Shown: positions 1-9,958, numbered from the stretch's first letter. The stretch: 64,000 bases of DNA from Candidatus Limihabitans stercoravium (GCA_018715495.1 DVLO01000010.1:35302-99301), one strand, 5' to 3'. Numbers and translations: made by a program. The notes: generated by a model from the sequence alone, not told the origin.

Positions 1-399
1 GCATTTGCCGCTAACCCCAAGGCAGGCGTCTTGATCAAGATTACAGGCGATGCTGAAAATCCCTTCTTCTTCGGTGGTTCAAGTCCCGACATTGCAAAGA
101 TCAACTTCAAGTTCCACTACAAGAACATCGACAGTACTGAAGGTGACGACGTGAAGTACAACGATAAAGACGTATCTTTCAAGGGAATCGGTAACACCTA
201 CAATGCAGGTGCAGAGTGGTGGAGCGAAATCTTCGGTCTTCCCGGAGCATTCGTAGGACCTAACGAAGACAACCCTGCAAATAAGTACGGTTACACGGGT
301 ACAATGTACTGCGTACTCACAGCCATTACAGGTTCTTACTACCAGTTGTCATTTGTAAATGCTGACGCAATTGCAGTCACTCCGTTGACAGCGGCGTAA
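1..399 (+). CDS. 3' end of a gene cut by the window edge; hypothetical protein
   Basis: Frame 1 is open from nt 1, so the TTG at 31 in the ORF track is probably internal. TAA at 397-399. No family recognised. Confidence 0.5.
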   Translation, partial: AFAANPKAGVLIKITGDAENPFFFGGSSPDIAKINFKFHYKNIDSTEGDDVKYNDKDVSFKGIGNTYNAGAEWWSEIFGLPGAFVGPNEDNPANKYGYTGTMYCVLTAITGSYYQLSFVNADAIAVTPLTAA

Positions 400-410
400 T
401 CACACACAAC

Positions 411-472
411 GGCAGGAGGGCGGATGCCCTCCCGCCTGACAGGTAAATACGGAGTGCATTCCGCACTCCGTA
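411..472 (+). terminator. Two consecutive GC-rich hairpins after the upstream gene
   Basis: GGCAGGAGGGC/GCCCTCCCGCC (411-436) and TACGGAGTGC/GCACTCCGTA (448-472). The T-run is weak. Confidence 0.45.
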
Positions 473-512
473 ATTGCCTAAGTAGATGTAAAAATGTAAT
501 AAGAGGGGTTAT

Positions 513-1310
513 ATGAACAGCAAGAAAAACAACGCAATAGGCGTGTTTGATTCGGGAATAGGCGGATTGACTGTACTTGAGAAGTTGATTGAAATGTTCC
601 CTAACGAAAACTTTGTTTACGTTGCCGATCAGGGACACTGTCCTTACGGCACCAAGACTGCTAAGGAAATCGGCGACAGAGTGGAAAAGGTTTCCCGTTA
701 CCTGTATCAACAGGACGTCAAGGCAATTGTGATTGCCTGCAACACTGCGTCACTTCACATTGACCGTGCAAGAGCGGTTGTTGACATTGACGTACTGAGT
801 GTAATTTATCCGACGTGCGACAGGGCAGCGTCTCTGACACGCAACGGAAAAGTAGCTGTAATTGCTACTATTGCAACAATAAACAGCAATACTTATCAGA
901 ATCTCCTTACCGAAAAGGGCAAGACTCCCGTGGCGCTTGCGTGCAGTGAGTTTGTGGATTTCGTGGAAACACATTCTCTTGACGACCCCGGCATGGACAA
1001 GTTGGTTGCCGACAAGTTCAAGGAATTTCAAGACACATCATTCGACACGTTGATACACGGCTGTACACACTTCAGTCTGCTGGAAAAATCCATGCGCAAG
1101 TGTCTGCCCGACGGAATTCGCTACGTGGCATGCGGACAACCTACAGGCGAAAGCCTCAGGAAACTGCTTGCCGAAAAAGACTTACTTACAGACAGAAACA
1201 CAGCAGGAAGTGTCAAGATATACACAACAGGTGGCGTACAGAATGCTGAAAACACAATGAAGTGGTTTACCGCACAGCATGAACCTGTACAACACGTTGA
1301 CATCGACTAA
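513..1310 (+). CDS. murI: Glutamate racemase
   Basis: Motifs VFDSGIGGLTV, IACNTAS and HGCTHF; 265 aa; RBS-like GAGGGG upstream. Confidence 0.9.
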   Translation: MNSKKNNAIGVFDSGIGGLTVLEKLIEMFPNENFVYVADQGHCPYGTKTAKEIGDRVEKVSRYLYQQDVKAIVIACNTASLHIDRARAVVDIDVLSVIYPTCDRAASLTRNGKVAVIATIATINSNTYQNLLTEKGKTPVALACSEFVDFVETHSLDDPGMDKLVADKFKEFQDTSFDTLIHGCTHFSLLEKSMRKCLPDGIRYVACGQPTGESLRKLLAEKDLLTDRNTAGSVKIYTTGGVQNAENTMKWFTAQHEPVQHVDID

Positions 1311-1328
1311 AAAGGAAGGAATTACTAT

Positions 1329-2168
1329 ATGCGTACGATTGAGTTGTCGGAAGTTACGGCAAAGATAAAGAGCATGTTTATTGACGCCTGCGAAAACATA
1401 CCTGACAATGTTCTTGAAACATTGAAAAAGGCGTCGGAATCGGAACAATCACCTCTTGGAAAACAGGTGATTGACAAAATCATCGAAAATGACAAACTGG
1501 CAAGGGACAAGCATTTGCCGATATGCCAGGATACGGGCGTTGCGGTTGTAATGCTTACAATCGGTTCGGAAGTGGTATTCCACGGTGACATCTACGAAGC
1601 GGTAAATGAAGGCGTTCGTCAGGCTTACACTGAGGGATATCTCAGAAAATCGGTTGTACGTCACCCCCTTGATCGTGTAAATACACGTGACAACACTCCT
1701 GCCATTGTGCACATAAAGATGGTGGAAGGCGACACATTCCGTATTGACGTTGCTCCTAAGGGCGGCGGCAGTGAAAACATGAGTCTTGTCAAGATGCTGA
1801 TACCTGCCGACGGTGTGGAAGGAATCAAAAAACTTGTATTGGATACAGTGTTCAATGCAGGCGGCAAGCCCTGTCCCCCAATCATTGTAGGACTGGGAAT
1901 TGGCGGTAATCTTGAAAAGAGCGCAATGCTTGCCAAGGAAGCATTGTTCCGTGAAATAGACGACCATTCGCCCGATCCTCTGGCAAGAAAACTGGAAGAT
2001 GAATTGTTGGAAGAAATCAACAAACTGGGCGTAGGTCCAATGGGATTTGGCGGCACACAGACATGCCTTGCCGTAAAGGTAAATACATATCCTTGTCACA
2101 TTGCAAGTTTGCCTGTAGCAATCAACATTCAGTGCCATGCAGCAAGACACAAGTCTTGCAAGTTGTAA
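1329..2168 (+). CDS. Class I (Fe-S) fumarate hydratase / tartrate dehydratase-type hydro-lyase, alpha subunit
   Basis: CQDTGVAVV motif; 279 aa; GGAAGG RBS; followed directly by the beta subunit. Confidence 0.85.
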   Translation: MRTIELSEVTAKIKSMFIDACENIPDNVLETLKKASESEQSPLGKQVIDKIIENDKLARDKHLPICQDTGVAVVMLTIGSEVVFHGDIYEAVNEGVRQAYTEGYLRKSVVRHPLDRVNTRDNTPAIVHIKMVEGDTFRIDVAPKGGGSENMSLVKMLIPADGVEGIKKLVLDTVFNAGGKPCPPIIVGLGIGGNLEKSAMLAKEALFREIDDHSPDPLARKLEDELLEEINKLGVGPMGFGGTQTCLAVKVNTYPCHIASLPVAINIQCHAARHKSCKL

Positions 2169-2181
2169 GGAGGTTAGGGAA

Positions 2182-2730
2182 ATGATAAGACTTACAAGCC
2201 CCGTTGATCCACAGCAAATCAAGCAATTACGTGCAGGCGACGTTGTGCTTATCAGCGGTGTTATATATACGGGTAGAGATGCTGCACACAAGAGGTTGTG
2301 CGAACTGTTGAGCCGTGGCGAACAGTTGCCAGTTGATGTCAAAAATGGTATTATTTATTATGTAGGACCTACTCCTGCAAAGCCGGGAAGAGCTATCGGC
2401 TCCGCAGGTCCTACATCCAGTTACCGCATGGATCCTTATGCCGAACCTTTGCTCAAACAAGGATTGAAGGTAATGGTGGGTAAAGGATCACGCAGTAAGG
2501 AATTCAAGCAACTTTTACAACAATACGGAGCAGTTTATCTGTCGGCTATCGGCGGTGCGGCGGCATCTATTTCGGAGACAATCAAGAAGTGTGAGGTTGT
2601 CACTTACGAAGACCTTGGCGCCGAAGCCATCCACCGTCTGGAAGTTGAAGACTTCTATGCGATAGTGACTTACGACAGCGTGGGGAATGATCTATTTGAA
2701 CAAGGAATCGAAAAGTACAGGAAAATTTAA
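2182..2730 (+). CDS. Class I fumarate hydratase-type hydro-lyase, beta subunit
   Basis: GVIYTGRDAAHKRL motif. I prefer the ATG at 2182, preceded by AAGGAGG at 2167-2173, over the ORF-track start at 2137, which overlaps the alpha subunit. Confidence 0.85.
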   Translation: MIRLTSPVDPQQIKQLRAGDVVLISGVIYTGRDAAHKRLCELLSRGEQLPVDVKNGIIYYVGPTPAKPGRAIGSAGPTSSYRMDPYAEPLLKQGLKVMVGKGSRSKEFKQLLQQYGAVYLSAIGGAAASISETIKKCEVVTYEDLGAEAIHRLEVEDFYAIVTYDSVGNDLFEQGIEKYRKI

Positions 2731-3322
2731 AATTTTGTCGGTAGTGTTGGTTGCGATGCTGATCGTGCTTTCGGCTTGTCAGCCGACGGTGCAGCCTCCT
2801 CTTTATCAGCCGCAATCAACACTTCCGGAAATGGCAAGGGGGCTTGTATACGGCAAGAAGCTGTACCTTACATCCATCGGACAGGCATTGGACATCGAAA
2901 CGCTTGCGTCCAGCATGAACACCTTACAGGACATCAGTTACACAATGGACAACCTTTTGAACGCATCGGAAGTGGAAGAAGGTGCGGTGGTGTTCATCAC
3001 GGTGGGGTGCAGTTTCAAGGCACTGACGGAAAGCGGCCTGACCAAGGAATCGGAAGGCGAACGTGCACAGCAGTTTATTGACCGTGCGGACAGAGGGGAA
3101 ATTACCCTTGTGTCATGGCACATCGGCGGTATTGCACGCAGGGGCGCAACTTCCGACTCGTTGGTGGAAATGCTGTTTACACAATCCGATCTTGCACTGT
3201 TTACCGAAGCGGGCAACAGAGATTTGTTCTTGTCCGATTGGGCAATTGCGGGCGGCGTTCCGTATTGCCAGTTCACAACAAGTATAAGCGACGTGCTGCA
3301 ATACATGACGGAGAGTAATTGA
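2687..3322 (+). CDS. Putative lipoprotein, first gene of the poly-gamma-glutamate operon; start uncertain
   Basis: Hydrophobic N-terminus ending in lipobox LSAC. The 3' end overlaps the pgsB start. No family recognised. Confidence 0.55.
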   Translation: MIYLNKESKSTGKFKILSVVLVAMLIVLSACQPTVQPPLYQPQSTLPEMARGLVYGKKLYLTSIGQALDIETLASSMNTLQDISYTMDNLLNASEVEEGAVVFITVGCSFKALTESGLTKESEGERAQQFIDRADRGEITLVSWHIGGIARRGATSDSLVEMLFTQSDLALFTEAGNRDLFLSDWAIAGGVPYCQFTTSISDVLQYMTESN

Positions 3323-4437
3323 AGATGGATTACATGTTTTTGATTATTTCAATTCTTGCGGCGCTGTATGTGGCGTTTATCGTTGTGGAAAAGTTCCACC
3401 ACGAAAAACTTCGCAAGCGTCTGACACGTGTAATTCACGTCAACGGAACACGTGGCAAGAGCACAGTAACCCGCCTTATAGACGCAGGTCTCAGGGAATG
3501 CGGTTTCTCCGTTGCAAGTAAGACAACGGGTACTGTGCCCACCTACATTGACGCTTCGGGTACACCCCGTCCCATCAAGCGTATGGGGCCTGCCAATATC
3601 CGTGAACAGTTAAAGGTTATGCGTTGGGCAACTGCCGAAAAGGCACAGTATCTTGTTGTTGAATGTATGGCGGTCAATCCCGAATTGCAATACATTGCCG
3701 AACATCAGATGTTGCATTCCGACATTACTGTAATCACCAACGTGAGACTGGATCACCTTGACGAAATGGGTGAAGATCTTACAAGCATTGCCTATTCTCT
3801 TGCCAATACAGTGCCGTCGGGCGGCACATTGGTGCTGGGTGAAGAGCAGTGCAGGGAAGTATTTGAAGAAGTTGCCGAAAAGACAGGAAGTACTGTTGTG
3901 GTGGCTCAACCGTACACGGGTGAAGATTGCATGGATACAATGCCCGAAAACATTGCAACGGCACTGGAAGTGTGCCGTGTACTTGGACTGGACGAAGAGA
4001 AGTTCTTTAACGGAATGAAGAAGTACATCCGTGACCCGGGCGCACTGTCATTCCACAAGTTGGAGACCACGGTTTTTATCAACGGTTTTTCCGCAAACGA
4101 CCCGCAGTCCACCTTGGAAGTGTACAGGTCGGTCACACAGAGATATCCTGCCGACAGCATGACGGTTGTGCTGAATGCCCGTTCGGACAGAGCCTTCCGT
4201 GTAGAGCAGCACATCAACATGTTAAAGGACATGCAGTTTGCCAATGTCATTGTAACGGGGTCTAACCAGTTGTACGTGATAAATAGGCTCAAGAAACTGG
4301 GAATATCGGCAATCAGGTTTGAAAACATTGAGAAACTGAAACAGTATCCGTTTGTTTTCGGTTGCGGCAACATTGCAAATGAAGGAATGAAGATAGCGGA
4401 TTACTTCAAGGAAAACGGAGTGGAAATACATGGCTGA
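3319..4437 (+). CDS. pgsB: Poly-gamma-glutamate synthase, Mur-ligase-like subunit PgsB/CapB
   Basis: N-terminal TM helix, then HVNGTRGKSTVTRL (P-loop), ECMAVNPE and NGFSANDP. These are collinear with my recollection of Bacillus PgsB. Confidence 0.85.
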   Translation: MKMDYMFLIISILAALYVAFIVVEKFHHEKLRKRLTRVIHVNGTRGKSTVTRLIDAGLRECGFSVASKTTGTVPTYIDASGTPRPIKRMGPANIREQLKVMRWATAEKAQYLVVECMAVNPELQYIAEHQMLHSDITVITNVRLDHLDEMGEDLTSIAYSLANTVPSGGTLVLGEEQCREVFEEVAEKTGSTVVVAQPYTGEDCMDTMPENIATALEVCRVLGLDEEKFFNGMKKYIRDPGALSFHKLETTVFINGFSANDPQSTLEVYRSVTQRYPADSMTVVLNARSDRAFRVEQHINMLKDMQFANVIVTGSNQLYVINRLKKLGISAIRFENIEKLKQYPFVFGCGNIANEGMKIADYFKENGVEIHG

Positions 4438-4879
4438 AATACTTATACTTGGTGTGATACTGAGCATTGTTTTTTACGAATTGACGGACATTTCTCCCGG
4501 TGGGATCATTGTTCCCGGTCTGATGGTGATGTACATCACCCAGTGGACCAGGATGCTTTACACTGTTGCAATTGCGGTACTTGCGTATTACATTGTCAGA
4601 CTTTTAAGCACAAGATTCATCATCTTCGGCAAGAGAAGGTTTGTTGTTCTCATCATCGTAAGCCTTGTATTGCATTTTCTTATAAACTTTCTGTTGGGTC
4701 TGTTCATCAACAATCTTACGGGTATTTCCCTTTCGGTAGTGGGATATACTGTAGCCGGTATCATTGCAAATAACATTTACAAGCAGGGAATCAAGCGCAC
4801 GATTCCATCTCTTGCAATTGTAATTTGCTTGCTTGAAACAATACTGATTATTTTGGGACAATTGGGTGTCTTTCTATGA
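4430..4879 (+). CDS. pgsC: Poly-gamma-glutamate synthase membrane subunit PgsC/CapC
   Basis: 149-aa polytopic membrane protein, the same length as Bacillus PgsC, with GGIIVPGLM and AGIIANN motifs. Overlaps pgsB by 8 nt. Confidence 0.85.
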   Translation: MAEILILGVILSIVFYELTDISPGGIIVPGLMVMYITQWTRMLYTVAIAVLAYYIVRLLSTRFIIFGKRRFVVLIIVSLVLHFLINFLLGLFINNLTGISLSVVGYTVAGIIANNIYKQGIKRTIPSLAIVICLLETILIILGQLGVFL

Positions 4880-6018
4880 AAAAGGTAGTTCCCTTTCAGT
4901 CCATGATACTTGCAATATGGGCGCTGATCATGTGCGCTTCTGTTGCGTTTACGCTGACGTCACCGCAACAGACCATCAGTCCTTACTACGACGTGATGAA
5001 ACAATCGGCACTTCTTGCGCAAAAATCCATGGACGCAATTAAAGAATACAAACTCAACAACGGTATAGAAATCAGTCCCGACGACATTCTGAACACGGGA
5101 ATGCTGGGCGACCGTTACACATCAATTACAACTACGGTAGGAGTACTTGAGGCCAAGAGAACAACCTTCAACCCCAACTGGGCTGCTGTAATTGTAGGTA
5201 TGTTTGTAAAGGCAGGACTTAAACAAGGCGACCAGGTGGGAATGATTTTTTCAGGGTCATTTCCTGCACTTAACCTGTGTGCAATGGCAGCAGCACAGGA
5301 GTACGGACTCGAAGTGTGCATCATGGCGTCGGTGGGAGCATCCAGTTACGGCGCAAACAATCCCGAATTTACCTTCTTCGACATGGCGGAATACCTGTTT
5401 ACCAAACAGATACTGACCAATCGCATCGATTACATGTCGTTTGGCGGAGCGGAAGACGTAGGTATGGAATTTACCGACTACGACAAGGCACGAATCAGGT
5501 TTCGTATTGAAAGCACAGGTGTGACATTCCTGGAAGAAAGTGATTTTCACAAGAACATAAATCAACGTATTGAAATTTTTGAAAAAGAAATTCCCGACAT
5601 AAAGTTTCTTTTAAATGTCGGCGGCAGCATGGTGGGACTGGGATCCGGATTGTCGGCATTCCAGGCGTCGGGCTATGTATCTGCCAGTCACTTCGATTCA
5701 ACAGCATCAAATATTCCGGGTGTAGGTCTGAGCAAGGACTTCGGGCTGCTGGAATACTACAATGCCGGCGGAATACCCGTGGCAAATCTGTTGAACATCA
5801 AGGGACTTGCACTGGAATACGGTATTCCATACGACCCCGTCGAAATGCCTCCCATCGGCGAAGGACAGACTTATTACGCCGTAACGTACAACCTGACTAC
5901 GTCGTTTGTCTCATTGGGATTGTTTTTGGCTGTAATTATTTTCTATTGTATTCACAGGAGAAAAAACGGTACAGAGGTAAGTAAACATGAACGAAACCAT
6001 ATTCTTTGTGGAAGATGA
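4876..6018 (+). CDS. Poly-gamma-glutamate system protein sitting where PgsA/CapA normally sits; not a metallophosphatase
   Basis: ATGA overlap with pgsC; N- and C-terminal TM helices. No CapA-like metallophosphatase motifs seen. Resembles my recollection of the 'poly-gamma-glutamate system protein' family that accompanies pgsBC outside Bacillus. Confidence 0.55.
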   Translation: MKKVVPFQSMILAIWALIMCASVAFTLTSPQQTISPYYDVMKQSALLAQKSMDAIKEYKLNNGIEISPDDILNTGMLGDRYTSITTTVGVLEAKRTTFNPNWAAVIVGMFVKAGLKQGDQVGMIFSGSFPALNLCAMAAAQEYGLEVCIMASVGASSYGANNPEFTFFDMAEYLFTKQILTNRIDYMSFGGAEDVGMEFTDYDKARIRFRIESTGVTFLEESDFHKNINQRIEIFEKEIPDIKFLLNVGGSMVGLGSGLSAFQASGYVSASHFDSTASNIPGVGLSKDFGLLEYYNAGGIPVANLLNIKGLALEYGIPYDPVEMPPIGEGQTYYAVTYNLTTSFVSLGLFLAVIIFYCIHRRKNGTEVSKHERNHILCGR

Positions 6019-6679
6019 TACCACTATACATTCTCTTATAAAGGCGACGCTGGAACTCAACGGTTACAGGGCAGTGGGGTTTAAAGAACCTTTGGTATTT
6101 ATCGAAGCGTTAAAAACCACTATACCCGACCTTCTTATACTTGATCTGATGCTTCCCAACATGTCGGGCTACGACGTGATCACCTACATGAAGGGCAGGG
6201 AAGATTACGCTAAGGTTCCCATTGTCATTCTCTCTGCGCTGTCCGACGAACTGGACGTGGTAAAGGGATTGGACAACGGTGCGTCCGACTACATCAGCAA
6301 GCCTTTCGGCGTGTTGGAATTTGTGTCACGTATCAAGTCGAACTTGCGTAAGGGCAAGAATCCCGGCGAAGAAACAGACGTGCTTAAAGTACGCAATCTT
6401 GTTGTCAGTAAGAAAAAATTTACCTGCACTTTGAACGGTAAACCTGTTTCGCTGACAATAAAGGAATTTGAATTGTTGAGTCTGCTGATGCAAAACCATT
6501 CCAAGGTAGTGACACGTGGCGAACTTTTAAAGGAAATCTGGGGGTTTGACAGTGATGTTGCCACACGTACTCTGGACATGCACATCAAGACGATACGTGA
6601 AAAATTTGCAACCATTACAGATGAACCTTACATCACTACGGTAAGGGCTGTAGGTTACGTTATTTACGATGAGGTGTAA
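5987..6679 (+). CDS. OmpR/PhoB-family response regulator
   Basis: Receiver domain (VEDD...DLMLPNMSG...K) plus a winged-helix C-terminus (LTIKEFELL...TVRAVGY). Overlaps the upstream gene by 32 nt. Confidence 0.9.
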   Translation: MNETIFFVEDDTTIHSLIKATLELNGYRAVGFKEPLVFIEALKTTIPDLLILDLMLPNMSGYDVITYMKGREDYAKVPIVILSALSDELDVVKGLDNGASDYISKPFGVLEFVSRIKSNLRKGKNPGEETDVLKVRNLVVSKKKFTCTLNGKPVSLTIKEFELLSLLMQNHSKVVTRGELLKEIWGFDSDVATRTLDMHIKTIREKFATITDEPYITTVRAVGYVIYDEV

Positions 6680-6683
6680 CTGA

Positions 6684-8408
6684 ATGTATCAGGAACTTGT
6701 CAGGCGCAATGTCATCATTATTGCATTGAGTCTTGTCGTCTTTTTGCTCTTTGCATTGTACACAACCAACTACATCAATCAGAAAAACGTTACCAGTGAG
6801 TTGGTTTATCTGTCCAAGATACTTGCAGATGAAATAGATCAGACGGTGTCGGAAACGGAGGTCAGGGAAATCGTCAACAGGTTTTCCAAGGATCAGACGT
6901 GGCTCAGTATTTACATTTCCAACAGTTACGGTGACATCATGATAGACAGCACCAGCGACGGAATGGGTGAGGGGGTGTATTCCTCTTTTACTGCCCAAGA
7001 ACTTGAGCTGGTCTCCAGGATGGACCCCTCCGATCGCACCTACATCATTGATGGAAAGATATACTACATCGAACAACTCAACGACGACATAATCATGCGC
7101 ACGTCCATACAGATTGTGGACAATACAAACTACATTTTCCAAGGCGTATTTCTGCTGGGAATTGTCCTGATTGTGGTACTGTTCATCAGTATCAAGTACA
7201 CAGGAAAGACCATCGGCGGGGTAAAGGAAGCCTTTGAAAACGTCACAAACAGTATGCGCACAATCAGTAAGGGACAGTACAATGAGATAACGCAGAAATC
7301 CCCTTACCAGGAAGTGCAAAGTGCCTATCGTGAAGTAAATGCGGTAAACAACAGTGTATTTCAGTACATTCAGCGTATCAGTGCCGAAAGAGACAAGATA
7401 AACTTCATCATCAACAACATCATGGAAGGCATTGTGATAGTGGGCGTCAGCGGAAAAATCTACAGCGCCAACAAGTACGCTGTTGCAGCAATCGGAATGA
7501 AAACCGACGCCGATACCATTTCCGACGCCATGGATGACGAAATGTTCTTGTCCAACATCTTCAAGGTGGCAGAGGGCGGCGAAAAAGAACTGCGTTTCGA
7601 TTTCTACAACAATCAGACGGACAAGATTTATCTTGTCGGTATCAGCAGGTTTAACCATGAACACATTGGCGAAGACCTGATATCAATTGTTCTTACCGAT
7701 GTGACAGATTCACGCCGTGAAGAACAGATCAAGATTGATTTCGTTGCCAATGTTTCGCACGAACTCAAGACGCCCATTACTTCCATCAGCGGATTCAGTG
7801 AACTGCTGCTCAGCGGATTGGTGCAAAACCCCGACGATTTCAATCAATACATCAAGAACATTTACAAGGAAAGTTGCAACATGAAGAACACCATTGATGA
7901 ACTGTTGTATCTTTCCAAACTGGATTACAACAAGAACAAGGTGACCTTTGATGAAAGCGTTGATCTTCTGGCGCTTTCAAACAGGGTGCTTGACAACGCT
8001 CAACGCCGTGCCGACAAGCACAATGTCAGATTGTTAGACGTCCAAGGCAATTGTGTGGTGAAGGGCAGTGAGTCCTTGCTGGAACACATGCTGTCAAACC
8101 TTGTAAGCAATGCCATCAAGTACAACAAGGAAGGCGGTACTGTGGCAATCAGCCTGGGATATAAGGATGGCGTACCTTTCCTTTCGGTAACAGACAGCGG
8201 CATGGGCATTGATTCCCGTCACATTGACAAGTTGTTTGACAGGTTCTACCGTGTCGACAACAGCAGATGCCGTCAGACGGGTGGCACAGGACTGGGACTT
8301 ACCATTGTGCAAAAGATTGTAAGACTACACAACGCATCCATTTCAATAGACAGCGTGGTGGGCAAGGGCAGTACATTTACTATCACATTCGGAGGAAAAC
8401 ATGCTTAA
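6684..8408 (+). CDS. Sensor histidine kinase
   Basis: Two TM helices flank an extracytoplasmic domain. H-box VSHELKTPITSI; N box NAIKYN; G boxes DSGMGI and GGTGLGLTIV. Confidence 0.9.
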   Translation: MYQELVRRNVIIIALSLVVFLLFALYTTNYINQKNVTSELVYLSKILADEIDQTVSETEVREIVNRFSKDQTWLSIYISNSYGDIMIDSTSDGMGEGVYSSFTAQELELVSRMDPSDRTYIIDGKIYYIEQLNDDIIMRTSIQIVDNTNYIFQGVFLLGIVLIVVLFISIKYTGKTIGGVKEAFENVTNSMRTISKGQYNEITQKSPYQEVQSAYREVNAVNNSVFQYIQRISAERDKINFIINNIMEGIVIVGVSGKIYSANKYAVAAIGMKTDADTISDAMDDEMFLSNIFKVAEGGEKELRFDFYNNQTDKIYLVGISRFNHEHIGEDLISIVLTDVTDSRREEQIKIDFVANVSHELKTPITSISGFSELLLSGLVQNPDDFNQYIKNIYKESCNMKNTIDELLYLSKLDYNKNKVTFDESVDLLALSNRVLDNAQRRADKHNVRLLDVQGNCVVKGSESLLEHMLSNLVSNAIKYNKEGGTVAISLGYKDGVPFLSVTDSGMGIDSRHIDKLFDRFYRVDNSRCRQTGGTGLGLTIVQKIVRLHNASISIDSVVGKGSTFTITFGGKHA

Positions 8409-8877
8409 AGAACAACCATTGGTTACAGACGTAATAGGAGATAAGACAACCAAGACAGACGTTCGTGTGGAATTTTTTGGTGCAACAGACGAATTGTCGG
8501 CATTTATCATGAACCTGACACATCACATCGAAGACGTCAAACTTCAGATGGAATTGAAAAAGATTGTCAATCTTCTGTCCGTCATGATGGCGGAAGTCGC
8601 AGGCGGATTCGGTCACATCGGACAGAAACATCTTGACGAATTGTTGGAACTGGTGGAAAAATACGAAAAGATTGCCGGTCCTTTCAAGGGATTTGTGGTA
8701 CCCGGTACCACCCTCATGGGATCCCGTGTGCACATTGTGCGCACAGTTACCCGTCGTGCCGAACTTGCCTACGCAAGAGTGTACGAAAAGTACGGCGGAA
8801 GCGGCTACATATTTGAGTATCTCAACAAGATGTCCACATTGTTTTACGCAATTGCCCGTATTTACGACGAAAAGTGA
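8401..8877 (+). CDS. PduO-type ATP:cob(I)alamin adenosyltransferase-family protein (short form)
   Basis: VEFFGATDELSAFI and VVPGTT...VHIVRTVTRRAE...YLNKMSTLFYAIAR match the conserved PduO/MMAB blocks. Overlaps the kinase gene by 8 nt. Confidence 0.6.
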   Translation: MLKEQPLVTDVIGDKTTKTDVRVEFFGATDELSAFIMNLTHHIEDVKLQMELKKIVNLLSVMMAEVAGGFGHIGQKHLDELLELVEKYEKIAGPFKGFVVPGTTLMGSRVHIVRTVTRRAELAYARVYEKYGGSGYIFEYLNKMSTLFYAIARIYDEK

Positions 8878-8924
8878 GTTTATGGGGTGTGCCTAAAGTA
8901 CACCTGTGCAGTTGAATACCTCAG

Positions 8925-8958
8925 AAAAGGCGGATCAGTTACGATCCGCCTTTTCTGC
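8925..8958 (+). terminator. Rho-independent terminator of the pgs/two-component operon
   Basis: AAAAGGCGGATC / GATCCGCCTTTT 12-bp stem followed by a T-run. Confidence 0.8.
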
Positions 8959-9066
8959 CGTCAATATAATTTGTATTTTTTATCAAGGTGCCGCATTGTT
9001 ACAATGTGTGACGGTCTTGTATTATCTGTAATTGTGACATGCAATTAAATACTTTGCAATAGGGCA

Positions 9067-9106
9067 AACTAAAGGCAAGACCATTGTGTTGGTCTTGCCT
9101 TTAGTT
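9067..9106. terminator. 16-bp perfect hairpin downstream of the TetR-like remnant
   Basis: AACTAAAGGCAAGACC / GGTCTTGCCTTTAGTT. Confidence 0.5.
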
Positions 9107-9170
9107 GATTTCAGGTATCTTATTTATTCTAGTAAATCTATCTTTACTTAACGCAGTCTGATGTATTTAT

Positions 9171-9500
9171 TTACAAGATTTTTCTTTTTAAGATAGAAAT
9201 TACTTTTTTTTTGTAAATTCCCTTTTCAAGAATGGGCATCAGGTGATTGTCTATCATTTCGTTTACCTGTGCTTCGTCCATGTCTTCCAGTATTGCACGC
9301 AAGCTGACGAAGTTTGTTATACCCATCAGTGAGTACGCAAGGGTCATTACATCAGGCACATCGATTTCATCAATGTCACGCAGTATAGAGTTGTAGTAAC
9401 TTTTAGCGAATGAAATGTAGTAGTTTTCAAACAATTCCTTTTCTACCGACAAACTTCCCCAGATGATGTTGTAGATGTGGGGACGTTGTTTGGCGTCCAT
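9171..9500 (-). pseudogene. TetR-family regulator remnant: C-terminal ligand domain only, HTH missing
   Basis: The TetR_C-like helix pattern (LAYSLMGITNFVSLRAIL..EAQVNEMIDNHLMPILEKG) is present. There is no N-terminal HTH and no RBS. The frame is open 108 nt upstream without a start codon. A+T-rich context. Confidence 0.4.
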
Positions 9501-9958
9501 TCGGTGTTTTTGTTTGTTTCGGAATTTATCGGTAGTTACTTTAATTTGTTGTAATGTTAAGTAATTGTTTTTACGCAGTTTAGTAAACGGAGCATTACAT
9601 CCATGTGCTTATTTCTATCCCATGTGAATCTGCCAAAATGTTGATAAAAAAGAGTACTATTTTATATGTTTTTTAATTGAGTAGTGTAAAGTGCAAATGG
9701 AAGATATGATTAATTATTAGAAGTGGGGGGTAAAAATGCTTTTTTTACAAATAGACTGTAGATGTAAATTCTTATTTTAAATCGATCAAACGTATGTCTT
9801 TAGTTGTAATTTTTTACAAATCGATGTAGTAAGGCACTCAAATTCAATACTTTTACAATAAAAAATCCATTTCATTTTTCAAAAACAGTATTGACAAAAT
9901 TTTCATCTATGGTAAACTTGTAGTGTGAGCAAGTACACACTTGCTTTAAAATTATTAT

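Noticed and set aside
9740-9835. Direct repeats TTTTTACAAAT.GA..GTAG upstream of the GH2 gene as operator sites for the TetR remnant.
   Set aside because: The match is short and imperfect in very A+T-rich DNA, and the putative regulator lacks a DNA-binding domain.
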